In this document: piece after piece, positions 35,364-44,644 of the stretch
Layout: each line of letters starts with the position of its first letter
Numbering within the stretch: position 1 is the first letter of the stretch
Assembly (NCBI GenBank): GCA_965213725.1
Contig: OZ243924.1
Location: 303,544 to 367,543, forward strand
Direction: 5' to 3'
DNA: 64,000 nucleotides
DNA from: Dehalococcoidia bacterium
GTDB taxonomy: Bacteria > Chloroflexota > Dehalococcoidia > Lucifugimonadales > UBA3495
Position numbers and translations under genes: made by a program
Notes under the pieces: generated by a model
What the model was told of the DNA's origin: nothing
Database searches by the model: none
What the model saw: the letters and a program-made list of their open reading frames with translations, nothing else

Positions 35364-38300
35364 ATGAACAGCCAAGGGAGACACAAAGGAATCCTGGTTG
35401 TAGACCGGCAGTCCCCGCAATTGAAAGATGCCCTCTGGCGGCTGGTGGAAGAAGCGAAACGGGAAGGCGGTATGCTCGCCCCGGTTACCGTAGTCGGGCC
35501 ATCGCAGTACGCCAACCTGAGCTTGCGGCAGGAACTGGGACGCCGGGGATTCGTCAATGTCCGTTTCATCCTGTTTCCCATGCTGGCGGAATTTCTGGGC
35601 GGGGCCGCAATGGCCGGAGCCGGGCGCAGACCTCTCACCCCGGTTCTCGAAACCGTGGCGGTGCAGACCATATTGAGGCAGGCCGGGGAACCCTTGTCCC
35701 AAGTTCGGGAACACCGCTCCACCCAGTCCGGCGTGCGCGAATCTTTCAGGCAGTTGCGCCAAGTATCCGGCGCAGTGTTGTCGGAACTGGAAAAGACGGG
35801 GGGAGTCCGCCGGGAGGTTGTCTGCCTGTATCGCAAATTCCGTCAACTCACCGGAGACGGCTGGTACGACGGCGAGGACTTGGCGGAGGCCGCAGCGGCC
35901 GATGTAAACGCCGGCGCTGCCCCGGCCCTGCGAGAGTTGGGCCTGATGGCGTTCTACCTGCCCCGCGACCTTTCTCCGGGTCAGGTGCATCTGATCAGCG
36001 CCCTCGCGCGCCGAGGCCCTTGCGCCGTACTGCTCGGCCTTACGGGAGACAGTGAGGCCGACGCCCCGGCGGATCAATTGGCCGGCACGCTCCAGCCCCT
36101 GCTGGGAGAACCCCAAAGGGCGGGCGGCGACAGATCGGAAACGCCGCTGCTTCCCGGCCAAGCCGGTCTTCACGTCGCGCCGGACGCCCACGAGGAAATC
36201 CGGCGGGTGATTCGCTCCATAATGGCGAACGCTGAATCAGGAATTCCGTTACACCGGATGGCAGTGCTATACCGGGCTGACCCTCCGTATAGCTCGCTGG
36301 TGCGCGATGAGCTGGAGCTGGCCGGCATTCCCATGGCCGGGCCGGGCCGGAAACCGCTGGGCGGCACCGCCGCCGGACGGACGCTGGCCGGGATGCTGCG
36401 GCTGTCCTCCGCTCTGGGCACTGAGGACGCCCTGCGGCGCGACGACCTTATGGCCTGGCTCACGGGGAGTCCCATCCGGCGGCCCCGGAACATCAGGCGC
36501 GAGGACTTCAGCCCGGCCCGATGGGACGCCATCAGCAGGAAAGCGGGAGTAGTCCGGGGACTCGGCCAGTGGCGCAAGGAATTGACCGTCTACGCCAGCC
36601 ACAAGGAAAGCGAGGCCGAGGGGGCCTACGAGGAGGTTTCGGAGGCCCGCGTCGAGGGTATGCGCGCGGACGCTCAGGCGGCCGGCGCAGCGCTCCTTTT
36701 CGTCGAAGAGCTGGCGAAAGACCTTCGTCCGCCCCGAAGGGCCGGGTGGAGAGAGTTCTGCCGCTGGGCCGAAGGACTCCTGCGCAAGTACCTGCGCCGC
36801 ACCCTATCCGAGGATGAGTTGACGGCCAGGGACCATATCGAACGGATGCTGCGGGAACTGTCGGCGGCCGACAGCCTCAGCTCGGAGGCCACTCTGACGG
36901 CTTTCCGGCAAGTGGTTGAAGATTATTTTCAGAGGCCGGAGGGACATATAGGCACTACCGGAGAAGGCGTGTTTGTCGCCCCCTCCGCCGCCGCAGCAGG
37001 AATGAGCTTCGATGCTGTGTGGATGGCGGGAATGATGGAAGGCTCCGTGCCGCCGCCGCCAAAGGAGGACCCTCTGCTCCCGGAAGATGACTGGCAAAAG
37101 GCGGGCGGGCCGCCCGTTTTGGACCAGCGGAGATCCCAGGAGCGCTACGACTACCTGTCCGCCTTGGCCGCTGCGCCTTGCCGGGCGCTCTCCTTTCCGG
37201 TTTCCGACCCTCAACTGAGGCGCCGGGCCTTCCCTTCTCCGTGGCTCCTGGAGCAGGCGTCAGCTCTGGAAGGCGAGGCGGTGACCTCAGACAGCCTCAC
37301 CAGGCTGGGTCGTCCGTGGCTCACCGTCGCCGTCTCGCTGGAAGACTCCCTGTCGAGGGTCGAAGTTCCGGCGGATCGCCACGAATATGACTTGCAACGG
37401 CTGCTGCAATGGAAGCGTGAGCCTTCGGAGGGCGTCAGCATCCAGCACCCGCTGGTAAAAGAAGGCCCGTTGGCGCGGGCGGCGCAAATGGGCCGCGGCC
37501 GGGCCAGCCGCTCCCTTACGGAGTTCGATGGCAACCTGTCATCGGTGGCCGAAGAGGCGCGGTTTGCCCTGAACCTGAGCCGTTACCCTCTATCTTCCAC
37601 CAGTTTGGAAACCTGGGCCGTGTGCCCCTTCCGCTATTTCCTTGGGCGCGTGCTCTATCTGAGCGCCCTGGACGACCCGGAGGAGGAAACCACCATCAGC
37701 CGAATGAACCGGGGCAGCCTGATACATGAGATTTTCGAGAGGTTCTTCAAGGAAGCCGAGCAGGGCGGCAGCCTGCCCGTGGACGGTCGGGCCTGGAGTG
37801 AAGAAAGCACCCGGCGACTCCGGCATATCGCGCATGACGTGTTCCGGGATTACGAAGGGCGGGACTTGACCGGCAAACAACTGCTGTGGCAAGCGGAAAA
37901 GCAGAAAATCCTAGCCCACCTGGATTTATTTCTGCAAAAAGACGCGGAACTTCGAGGGGAGTACGGTTCGGTTCGCACCACCGTAGAGACCAAGTTCGGC
38001 GATGGGGGGGAATGGCAGGAAGCCGTTGACGAAGCCACGCAAACCAGGTTCCGGGGGGCCATTGACCGGGTTGACCTTAACGCAAGCGGCGCTCCGGCGC
38101 TCATCATAGACTACAAGGTCGGCAAGCCGGATTCGTACAAAGCGCTGGAAAACGATCCGATAGACCACGGGAAACGCCTCCAGTTGAGCATCTACTCCCT
38201 AGCGGCAAAGCGGCATTTCCCCAATGCCGGGAGTTTGTCGGCCATCTATTGGTTCTTGAATGCCGAAGAGCAAGATTCCCAAAAGAAGTTCCAGCGCGTT

Positions 38301-38600
38301 CCAGACGAGCCTTTCGACATCAACAACCCTGAAACACTGAAAAGGTTCCGCGAAGGCGTATCCGCGATTACCGAAGGAATTCGCGGCGGCGTGTTTCCCG
38401 CCAACCCCGGCCCGCCGGGGTGGAGCAACAACTGTACCTACTGCGACTTCGACACACTGTGCCAGTCGCGCCGGACACGGCTTTGGGAAGAGAAGAAAAG
38501 GGATGAACTGGTATCGGGCTACCTGTCGCTCACCGGCGAAGCGCCGAAGCCGTCCGGTGAGGCCAGCGCGGAGTCCGGCGAAGAAGGGGAATGGCAGTGA
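35364..38600 (+). CDS. AddB-like helicase-nuclease subunit (PD-(D/E)XK nuclease with Fe-S staple)
   Basis: Start at ATG 35364 (MNSQGRHKG...), giving 1078 aa. The C-terminal nuclease block is GAIDRVDL...LIIDYKVGK. The cysteines WAVCPFRYF plus NNCTYCDFDTLC (C-x2-C-x5-C) are arranged like the AddB iron-sulfur cluster. I saw no canonical Walker A in the N-terminal region. Confidence 0.7.
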   Translation: MNSQGRHKGILVVDRQSPQLKDALWRLVEEAKREGGMLAPVTVVGPSQYANLSLRQELGRRGFVNVRFILFPMLAEFLGGAAMAGAGRRPLTPVLETVAVQTILRQAGEPLSQVREHRSTQSGVRESFRQLRQVSGAVLSELEKTGGVRREVVCLYRKFRQLTGDGWYDGEDLAEAAAADVNAGAAPALRELGLMAFYLPRDLSPGQVHLISALARRGPCAVLLGLTGDSEADAPADQLAGTLQPLLGEPQRAGGDRSETPLLPGQAGLHVAPDAHEEIRRVIRSIMANAESGIPLHRMAVLYRADPPYSSLVRDELELAGIPMAGPGRKPLGGTAAGRTLAGMLRLSSALGTEDALRRDDLMAWLTGSPIRRPRNIRREDFSPARWDAISRKAGVVRGLGQWRKELTVYASHKESEAEGAYEEVSEARVEGMRADAQAAGAALLFVEELAKDLRPPRRAGWREFCRWAEGLLRKYLRRTLSEDELTARDHIERMLRELSAADSLSSEATLTAFRQVVEDYFQRPEGHIGTTGEGVFVAPSAAAAGMSFDAVWMAGMMEGSVPPPPKEDPLLPEDDWQKAGGPPVLDQRRSQERYDYLSALAAAPCRALSFPVSDPQLRRRAFPSPWLLEQASALEGEAVTSDSLTRLGRPWLTVAVSLEDSLSRVEVPADRHEYDLQRLLQWKREPSEGVSIQHPLVKEGPLARAAQMGRGRASRSLTEFDGNLSSVAEEARFALNLSRYPLSSTSLETWAVCPFRYFLGRVLYLSALDDPEEETTISRMNRGSLIHEIFERFFKEAEQGGSLPVDGRAWSEESTRRLRHIAHDVFRDYEGRDLTGKQLLWQAEKQKILAHLDLFLQKDAELRGEYGSVRTTVETKFGDGGEWQEAVDEATQTRFRGAIDRVDLNASGAPALIIDYKVGKPDSYKALENDPIDHGKRLQLSIYSLAAKRHFPNAGSLSAIYWFLNAEEQDSQKKFQRVPDEPFDINNPETLKRFREGVSAITEGIRGGVFPANPGPPGWSNNCTYCDFDTLCQSRRTRLWEEKKRDELVSGYLSLTGEAPKPSGEASAESGEEGEWQ

Positions 38601-41600
38601 CCAGTCAATTCATTCCCGGCGACATTGCCGCCCGCCAGAAAATCAGCGAACGGTTGGACGAAACCCTGTTCGTCGAGGCCAGCGCCGGCACCGGCAAGAC
38701 GACCAGCCTGGTGCAGCGGGTAGTGAACCTCGTGGCGTCGGGGCGGGCGACCATAGGGAGCATTGCCGCCATTACCTTCACGGAAGCCGCCGCCGCCGAG
38801 CTGCGCGACCGCGCCCGCCAAGAGTTGGAAAAGGCCGCCAGCGACCAGTCCCGCAGCGAAGCGGAACGCTCCCGCTGCCGCCAGGCCGCCGATGGTCTGG
38901 GCCAAGCCTACTTCCAGACCCTCCACTCCTTCGCCTCGGCCCTGCTCCACCAGCGCCCGCTGGAAGCCCGGCTGCCGCCCGGATTCGAGACCACCGACGC
39001 CATAGCCGCCGAACTCCGGTTCGATGCCGCTTGGAACGACTGGCTGGGCCGGCAACTGGAGGGGGATACTGCCATTGCCCCGAACCTGACCATGACGTTG
39101 GCCTTGGGAATGACAGTCAAAAATCTCCGTGACGTGGCAAACGCATTCCACTTGAACTACGACGGACTGCAAGACGCGGAGTTCAGCGACACGCTCCCGG
39201 ATTGCGAACCGGCAACCGGGCCGCATCAGCAGGCGGTGGCGGCGCTGATCAACGGGCTGGAAACCCTGCTGGATTTCTGCGAGAAACCGGGGGCCGAAGA
39301 CAGGCTGTACCACTACATAAACGAAAAGTTGGAAGAATGCCTTCACCTTGCGGAAGAAGACTTGGGAGTGCTGGGAGTTTGCCGCCGCATCACCGAGATT
39401 CTGCCCCTCAAGCCCGGCAACATAGGAAGCAGATCAAACTGGAGCATTCCGCCCAAGGAAGTTCGAGACCAATTGCAGCAAATCGAGGCCGCAGCGCGCT
39501 CAGCGGCTCTGCCGCCCATCCTTCGGGAGTTGCAGAAATTCGTTCTGGACTATGCCGTAACCCGGCGCGAGGCCGAGGGCCGGGCCGAGTTTCAGGATCT
39601 GCTGGTCTGGGCCCACGAGCTGCTGCGCGACAACATCGAAGTGCGCGACTATTTTCGTAGCCGTTTCACCCACCTGCTGATTGATGAGTCACAGGACACC
39701 GACCCGATACAGGCCGAGATAGCGATGTTCCTAGCCGAGGATGTGGCTCCCGGCGTCGAACCCGGCGACCGGCCCAAGGATTGGGGCAAGATTATCCCGG
39801 AGAAAGGCAAGCTGTTCGTAGTTGGCGATCCCAAGCAGTCCATCTACCGTTTCCGCCGCGCCGACGTGAACCAGATGTACGAACTGCGAAACCGGATGCG
39901 CGGGGAAACGGTGGAGTTGACCCAAAACTTCCGCTCCCAGGAACCGGTCACCGCCTGGGTGAACTACCTCTTTGAGAAGTGGTTGGGCGAAGGCGACGCG
40001 GACAGCGAGGGCCGCATCCAAGCCGCCTACCCCGAGGGCGGTATGGATGCCCGGTGGAAGGCGAGCACGCCCCACCAATACAAGCCCCGGGTCTGGGCGC
40101 TGGCCGACGAAGCGACCGGCGACAGCATGGACTCCGTCCGCGAAATCGAATCAGCAGACATTGCGCGGCTGATACACCACATCACCCGCAGCCCCTGGCA
40201 GGTGCTGGATCAAGGGGCGGACAACAGCACGGGCGAAACATACCGCCCCGCCACCTACGCCGACATTTGTATCCTGATGCCGCGGCGCACCGGGCTGCGT
40301 CAACTGGAACTGGCCCTGGAGGACGCCAACGTTCCCTATCGTCTGGAAAGCGCGTCGCTGATTTTCGAGACTCAGGAAATTCTCGATTTGATGAACTGCT
40401 TCAAGGCCATTGACAACCCTTCCGATCAGGTGGCGACGGTGGCCGCCCTGCGCTCTCCCGCCTTCGGTTGCAGCGACGTCGAACTGTTCCTCCATCACGA
40501 AAACGGAGGGAGCTTCAACTACCGGGCCCGTCGGAAACAGCCTCGGCCGGGGCCGGTGGCCGATGCTCTGGATGTGCTGGATGACTACCACCGCAGGCGA
40601 GTTGAGGATTCCCCCGGCGCCCTCATAGACCGGTTCATCCGCGAGCGTCTGCTTATGGAGGCGGCGGTATCCCACCCCCGAATGCGGGAGCAGTGGCGGC
40701 GTTACCGCTTCATGGTGGAGCAGGCCCGGCTATTCAGCGAGGCTGTCGAGTCCGGCAGAAACTCCCTGCGGAGCTTCCTCGAATGGTTGCAGAATCAAAT
40801 GGAGCAGGACGCGCGGGTAACGGAAATGCCGGTCCCGGAAGAAGACGAAGAAGCAGTGCGGGTAATGACTGTTCACGGCGCCAAGGGGCTGGAATTTCCG
40901 GTAGTGGTACTGACGGGCATCAATTCCCCTCCCCGGCACACTGTTGGCCCGGCGCTCTTCGACCGGAACAACAGGCGCGTAGAGGTCGGCGTCGGCCCCC
41001 AGCAGAACCGCATCGCCACGCCGGGTTACGCAGAAATGTCGGAGCGGGAGCGGTTGATGCAGCAAGCGGAGCAGGTTCGCCTGATGTACGTGGCAAGCAC
41101 CCGCGCCCGCGACCATCTCGTGCTCAGCCTGCGCCGTACCGCCAAGGGGGGCGGAAGCAGTGCCGCCGCGAAGATTTCGGAATATCTGAAAGGCAGCGCC
41201 GGGCTGTGGGAAGCCGCGCCCGCCGGACAGCCGGAAACGCCGCCCGCGGAAGACCGCCCGGCCATGGCCGCCCCTCTCGACCATTCTCTGGAGGGCCGCC
41301 GACAGTGGGTGGAGCAGCGGAAGAAACTGCTGAAAGAGATGGGCCGCCCGTCATTCGTTGCCGCTACAGCCCTGGATCGCAAAGATGCCGACAGAAATCA
41401 GGATTCGGAATACGACGCCAAGCCGGAACGGGATCCTGCGGAACCATGGCGCAGAGGACGCGCCGGCACCTTGATCGGCCGCGCCCTCCACGGCGTGCTG
41501 CAATCGGCAGACCTGGAAACGGGGAGCGATATTGATGTCTGGGCAAAGGCTCAGGCCATTGTTGAGGAGATTCCCGACAGCGAGAAGGATATAGCGCAAT

Positions 41601-41986
41601 TGGCGCGCCGGGCGATAGGAAGTCCTGCGGTGCGCCGGGCCGTGGGCAGCGGCCGCTACTGGCGGGAGGTTCCGGTCGCCATGCCCGCAGGCGGAGGCTC
41701 CATACAGGGCTTCATAGACCTGCTGTTTGAGGAAGACGGGGAACTGACGGTAGTGGACTACAAGACTGACGACGTGCGCGAAGGAGCCGAGACCGCCTTG
41801 GAGCGCTACCGGATGCAGGGCGCGGCCTATGCCCTAGCCTTGGAACGAGCCACCGGCAAGACGGTCAAGGAAGTGATCTTCCTCTTCCCTCGGCCCGAAC
41901 CCGTCATAGAAGCGACGCTCACCAACTTGGCCTCGCTCAGAGACGAAGCTGAAGCCTTAGCACTGGAGCGGCTGGGCCGCGGGTAA
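38591..41986 (+). CDS. AddA/RecB-like UvrD-family helicase with C-terminal PD-(D/E)XK nuclease
   Basis: 1131 aa. It overlaps the upstream stop by 10 nt. Walker A is ASAGTGKTTSL, and the UvrD motifs (LLIDESQDTDPIQ, VGDPKQSIYRFRRAD, VMTVHGAKGLEFPVVVL, LMYVASTRARDHLV) are present. The nuclease motif is GFIDLLFEE...LTVVDYKTD. Confidence 0.85.
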   Translation: MAVTSQFIPGDIAARQKISERLDETLFVEASAGTGKTTSLVQRVVNLVASGRATIGSIAAITFTEAAAAELRDRARQELEKAASDQSRSEAERSRCRQAADGLGQAYFQTLHSFASALLHQRPLEARLPPGFETTDAIAAELRFDAAWNDWLGRQLEGDTAIAPNLTMTLALGMTVKNLRDVANAFHLNYDGLQDAEFSDTLPDCEPATGPHQQAVAALINGLETLLDFCEKPGAEDRLYHYINEKLEECLHLAEEDLGVLGVCRRITEILPLKPGNIGSRSNWSIPPKEVRDQLQQIEAAARSAALPPILRELQKFVLDYAVTRREAEGRAEFQDLLVWAHELLRDNIEVRDYFRSRFTHLLIDESQDTDPIQAEIAMFLAEDVAPGVEPGDRPKDWGKIIPEKGKLFVVGDPKQSIYRFRRADVNQMYELRNRMRGETVELTQNFRSQEPVTAWVNYLFEKWLGEGDADSEGRIQAAYPEGGMDARWKASTPHQYKPRVWALADEATGDSMDSVREIESADIARLIHHITRSPWQVLDQGADNSTGETYRPATYADICILMPRRTGLRQLELALEDANVPYRLESASLIFETQEILDLMNCFKAIDNPSDQVATVAALRSPAFGCSDVELFLHHENGGSFNYRARRKQPRPGPVADALDVLDDYHRRRVEDSPGALIDRFIRERLLMEAAVSHPRMREQWRRYRFMVEQARLFSEAVESGRNSLRSFLEWLQNQMEQDARVTEMPVPEEDEEAVRVMTVHGAKGLEFPVVVLTGINSPPRHTVGPALFDRNNRRVEVGVGPQQNRIATPGYAEMSERERLMQQAEQVRLMYVASTRARDHLVLSLRRTAKGGGSSAAAKISEYLKGSAGLWEAAPAGQPETPPAEDRPAMAAPLDHSLEGRRQWVEQRKKLLKEMGRPSFVAATALDRKDADRNQDSEYDAKPERDPAEPWRRGRAGTLIGRALHGVLQSADLETGSDIDVWAKAQAIVEEIPDSEKDIAQLARRAIGSPAVRRAVGSGRYWREVPVAMPAGGGSIQGFIDLLFEEDGELTVVDYKTDDVREGAETALERYRMQGAAYALALERATGKTVKEVIFLFPRPEPVIEATLTNLASLRDEAEALALERLGRG

Positions 41987-41988
41987 AA

Positions 41989-42621
41989 CTACGGCCCAAG
42001 CTGACTCAGAAAGGCGGCAAGATGTTGCAGCGCGGGGGAGTTCCAGTTCCAAACGCCGGCGTCGGCCGCTTCTCCCAAGCGGCGCCCCGGTTCCTCAGCG
42101 ACGGCCAGATAGGTATGCAATTTTGCCTTGCTGAGAGCGCCAGCGGAAATGCCGCCCGGATTTCTGCAAGCCACGTAGGTATCTACACACTGCAAGGCCG
42201 ATGCGTCGCCAATAGAGCGAAGGCACAAGTCCTCCAAATTACCGCACGATTTCCCGTCAGGCAGTATCGCTAAGGAAATGTACGGCTGACCTGTTGCTGA
42301 GACCTGAAAGGGCGCGGGCGGAACCGGAAGGCCAGCGCCGCCGAGGGCGCTTCGCAAACTCTGATACGCTGCTTGAGCGTCGCTGTCAGCATCACGAACC
42401 AGCGCCAGTCGCCGCAAGTTGGGATACCCTCTGGCCGTGACCAGCGTGTTTTTCAGGAATAGCGCAAAGTTGTTCACGCCATTAACCGACGCAATCTGAA
42501 CTTGGCACAGGTTTAGCTGTCGAAGGAAGGCGTTAAAAAACCTGGCATCATCCGCTCCTTCCACCAATAGGAGGGCCTCGCCTTCTACATCCCTGAATTG
42601 ATACCGGCCTAGGCTGACCAT
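41989..42621 (-). CDS. small Toprim-like protein (DUF3226 / DUF4435 / RloB-type), partner of the upstream ATPase
   Basis: 210 aa. An N-terminal acidic motif ALLLVEGADDARFFNAFL is followed by LALVRDADSD, which matches the Glu ... DxD arrangement of Toprim/OLD-type nuclease domains. Its ATG overlaps the ATPase stop codon (TGATG, 1 nt shared). Confidence 0.55.
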   Translation of the reverse strand: MVSLGRYQFRDVEGEALLLVEGADDARFFNAFLRQLNLCQVQIASVNGVNNFALFLKNTLVTARGYPNLRRLALVRDADSDAQAAYQSLRSALGGAGLPVPPAPFQVSATGQPYISLAILPDGKSCGNLEDLCLRSIGDASALQCVDTYVACRNPGGISAGALSKAKLHTYLAVAEEPGRRLGEAADAGVWNWNSPALQHLAAFLSQLGP

Positions 42622-43751
42622 CAGCGAAGCTCTGCTCCGTAAGACAGCGTGAAGTCAAGGGCCTCGAATGAGTAAGTAGTGGCAACGATTCCGCTATCCC
42701 TGCGGTCTAGACGGTGGATGTGCAAGTCCTGCTGCTCTGCGGCGGCAAAGGCATCGCGGGCCGCTGCCATACACTCGTAGCTATGGGTAGTGGCGAACAC
42801 CTGGACGTTGAAGCGTTGCGAAAGGCGGTTAAGGTTTTCCCAAACCCCTTTAAGCGCACTGTGATGCAAGCCGTTTTCCACTTCGTCAATGAATATCATA
42901 CCATTTCTGGCCCCATGGAATGACAACGCCATTGACAACAGCCTCCCTACGCCGTCGCCCAAAAATCCCATGGGCACCGGGCGGCCCAAGCCAACATCCG
43001 CGTAAATCATCGGGGCCGGCGGTGCAGCGATGGTGGTCAGCCGCTGAATTCTCGGATCTACTGTCTTCAGGCAGTTGACAATACTGTCGGCAAATCCTTC
43101 CAGCTCTATATCTCCAAATCTGGCGACTTCCTCTTCTGACCTGTTGCGGTGGCGAGCGCTCAAAAAGACTCCTGCGGGACGCACAGGCATATTTGCTCGA
43201 TTCATTGCCATGCCTTCGCTCGATATCGCCAACTGAACAAATGGCATTGAATTGAGCATCGGGCCATCAGATTTAGTCCACCATCCCGTCGAAGCAAAGT
43301 GCTGGCCGTCTTCATCAGTGTAGTCCAACGATATTTCGGTGTCGGAGACGGCCGATACATTCGCTTCCCGAAGCAATCCGGGGATCGGCAGTTCTTCTTC
43401 GGACGCCTGCGGCACAAATACTTTGGTGTTTCTAGGCTGCAACTTGATTTTCAGAGAGCGCTGGGAGTTGTTCCAATCCCCCTTTGCCTCCAACGCAATG
43501 GTTCGCTGCGGATCGAAATCGCGGAACAGGTCATGGAGCAGCCGGCGCGGGTCCGGCCCGGCGATGCCGCGAAAGCTGTTTAACCGCAGGCCCAGATCCG
43601 GCGAGTTAGGCCCGGAGTGAAGCCACAGCGCCTCCAGCAGGGCAGTCTTGCCAGTGTTGTTTTCACCGCAAATCAGGTTGACCCGGGCCAGTGGCTCGAC
43701 GGTAAGATGCTCAAAGCAGCGGAAATTTTGGATAGCGAATGAGGTGTACAT
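42621..43751 (-). CDS. ABC-type AAA ATPase (AAA_21/AAA_15-like, OLD/AriA/RloA-like)
   Basis: 376 aa. The N-terminus is MYTSFAIQNFRCFEHLTVEPLARVNLICGENNTGKTALLEAL (Walker A). A signature-like GDGVGRLLSMAL, Walker B MIFIDEVENGLH and H-loop FATTHS are present, with a long insertion between Walker A and the signature. Single lines counted give about 45-55 % GC. Confidence 0.8.
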   Translation of the reverse strand: MYTSFAIQNFRCFEHLTVEPLARVNLICGENNTGKTALLEALWLHSGPNSPDLGLRLNSFRGIAGPDPRRLLHDLFRDFDPQRTIALEAKGDWNNSQRSLKIKLQPRNTKVFVPQASEEELPIPGLLREANVSAVSDTEISLDYTDEDGQHFASTGWWTKSDGPMLNSMPFVQLAISSEGMAMNRANMPVRPAGVFLSARHRNRSEEEVARFGDIELEGFADSIVNCLKTVDPRIQRLTTIAAPPAPMIYADVGLGRPVPMGFLGDGVGRLLSMALSFHGARNGMIFIDEVENGLHHSALKGVWENLNRLSQRFNVQVFATTHSYECMAAARDAFAAAEQQDLHIHRLDRRDSGIVATTYSFEALDFTLSYGAELR

Positions 43752-43785
43752 GCCAAACGCCTGCCTCTAGCTTACTTTGACCGGC

Positions 43786-44592
43786 CTATTTCCTCGTGGC
43801 CCGGCCCTTGAGGGCCATCAGAGATAAGCCAATGCTCAAAACGCCCACTGCCGCCACGGCGATTATACCATCACGAATGGCCTGGGCATCCCAACCCCCG
43901 TAGATCAGCGAGCGCAGGGCCGCCAGTACGTAGGTCACCGGGTTGTAGTCCGCAGCGGCGGAGAGCCAACCGGTCATGGCCTCCTGCGGCACGAACAGCG
44001 AGGTCATAAACAGGAAGGGAAAGAACAACAAGAAGCTGGTGTTTACCGCCGCCGCGTTGCCCGTCTTGAAGGCGATAGCGTAGGGAAAGCCGGAGAATAC
44101 CAGCCCCCAGATGCCCGCCAGCAACATGAACGCCAGTATTCCCAATATGCCGGTCTCAAACCCCACTCCGGCGATGAACCCCATGATGATGACCGGAAGG
44201 GTTAACGCCACGACCAAGAAGAAGTCGGCCACCATCAGGCCCAACAGCAACGCCAGCCGGTTGACCGGCGTCATCACCAGCCGGTCGAAATAACCGCTCT
44301 GGATGTCGGCCACCACGGTGGTGGCGCGGGAGATGCCGGTTACGGCGAACAGCACCGCCACCGGCAGTTGGAAGGCGCGGTAGTCCAACCCCGGGATGCT
44401 CTCGGCGAAATCCTCCAGCGCCCCGACCGTCATTATGAACATGAAGACTGGTATCACCAGGGCGGGTATCGTTGTTTCCGGGTCTCTGGCTACCGACCTT
44501 AGCGCCCGCTCGGAAACTGAAATGAGGTCCGGGATAAAGCCTGCCTTCCGGCCCTGTATGGTCTGCCGGTGCCGGGCGGTGGACGTAGCCAT
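43786..44592 (-). CDS. ABC-2-type transporter permease
   Basis: Start at ATG 44592 with an AGGAG SD; the track ORF extends to 44745. The product is 268 aa with 6 TM helices and lies downstream of a DrrA-like ATPase. Confidence 0.8.
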   Translation of the reverse strand: MATSTARHRQTIQGRKAGFIPDLISVSERALRSVARDPETTIPALVIPVFMFIMTVGALEDFAESIPGLDYRAFQLPVAVLFAVTGISRATTVVADIQSGYFDRLVMTPVNRLALLLGLMVADFFLVVALTLPVIIMGFIAGVGFETGILGILAFMLLAGIWGLVFSGFPYAIAFKTGNAAAVNTSFLLFFPFLFMTSLFVPQEAMTGWLSAAADYNPVTYVLAALRSLIYGGWDAQAIRDGIIAVAAVGVLSIGLSLMALKGRATRK

Positions 44593-44644
44593 TCGTTTCT
44601 CCTGGTAATTGCAGTTTAACGGAGCCTTTTGCCGGGCTGAGGCA

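Noticed and set aside
33917-35836. A 639-aa minus-strand ORF spanning GMC copy 2 and the addB-like start.
   Set aside because: It overlaps two well-supported plus-strand genes and an intergenic hairpin, so it is a high-GC frame artefact.
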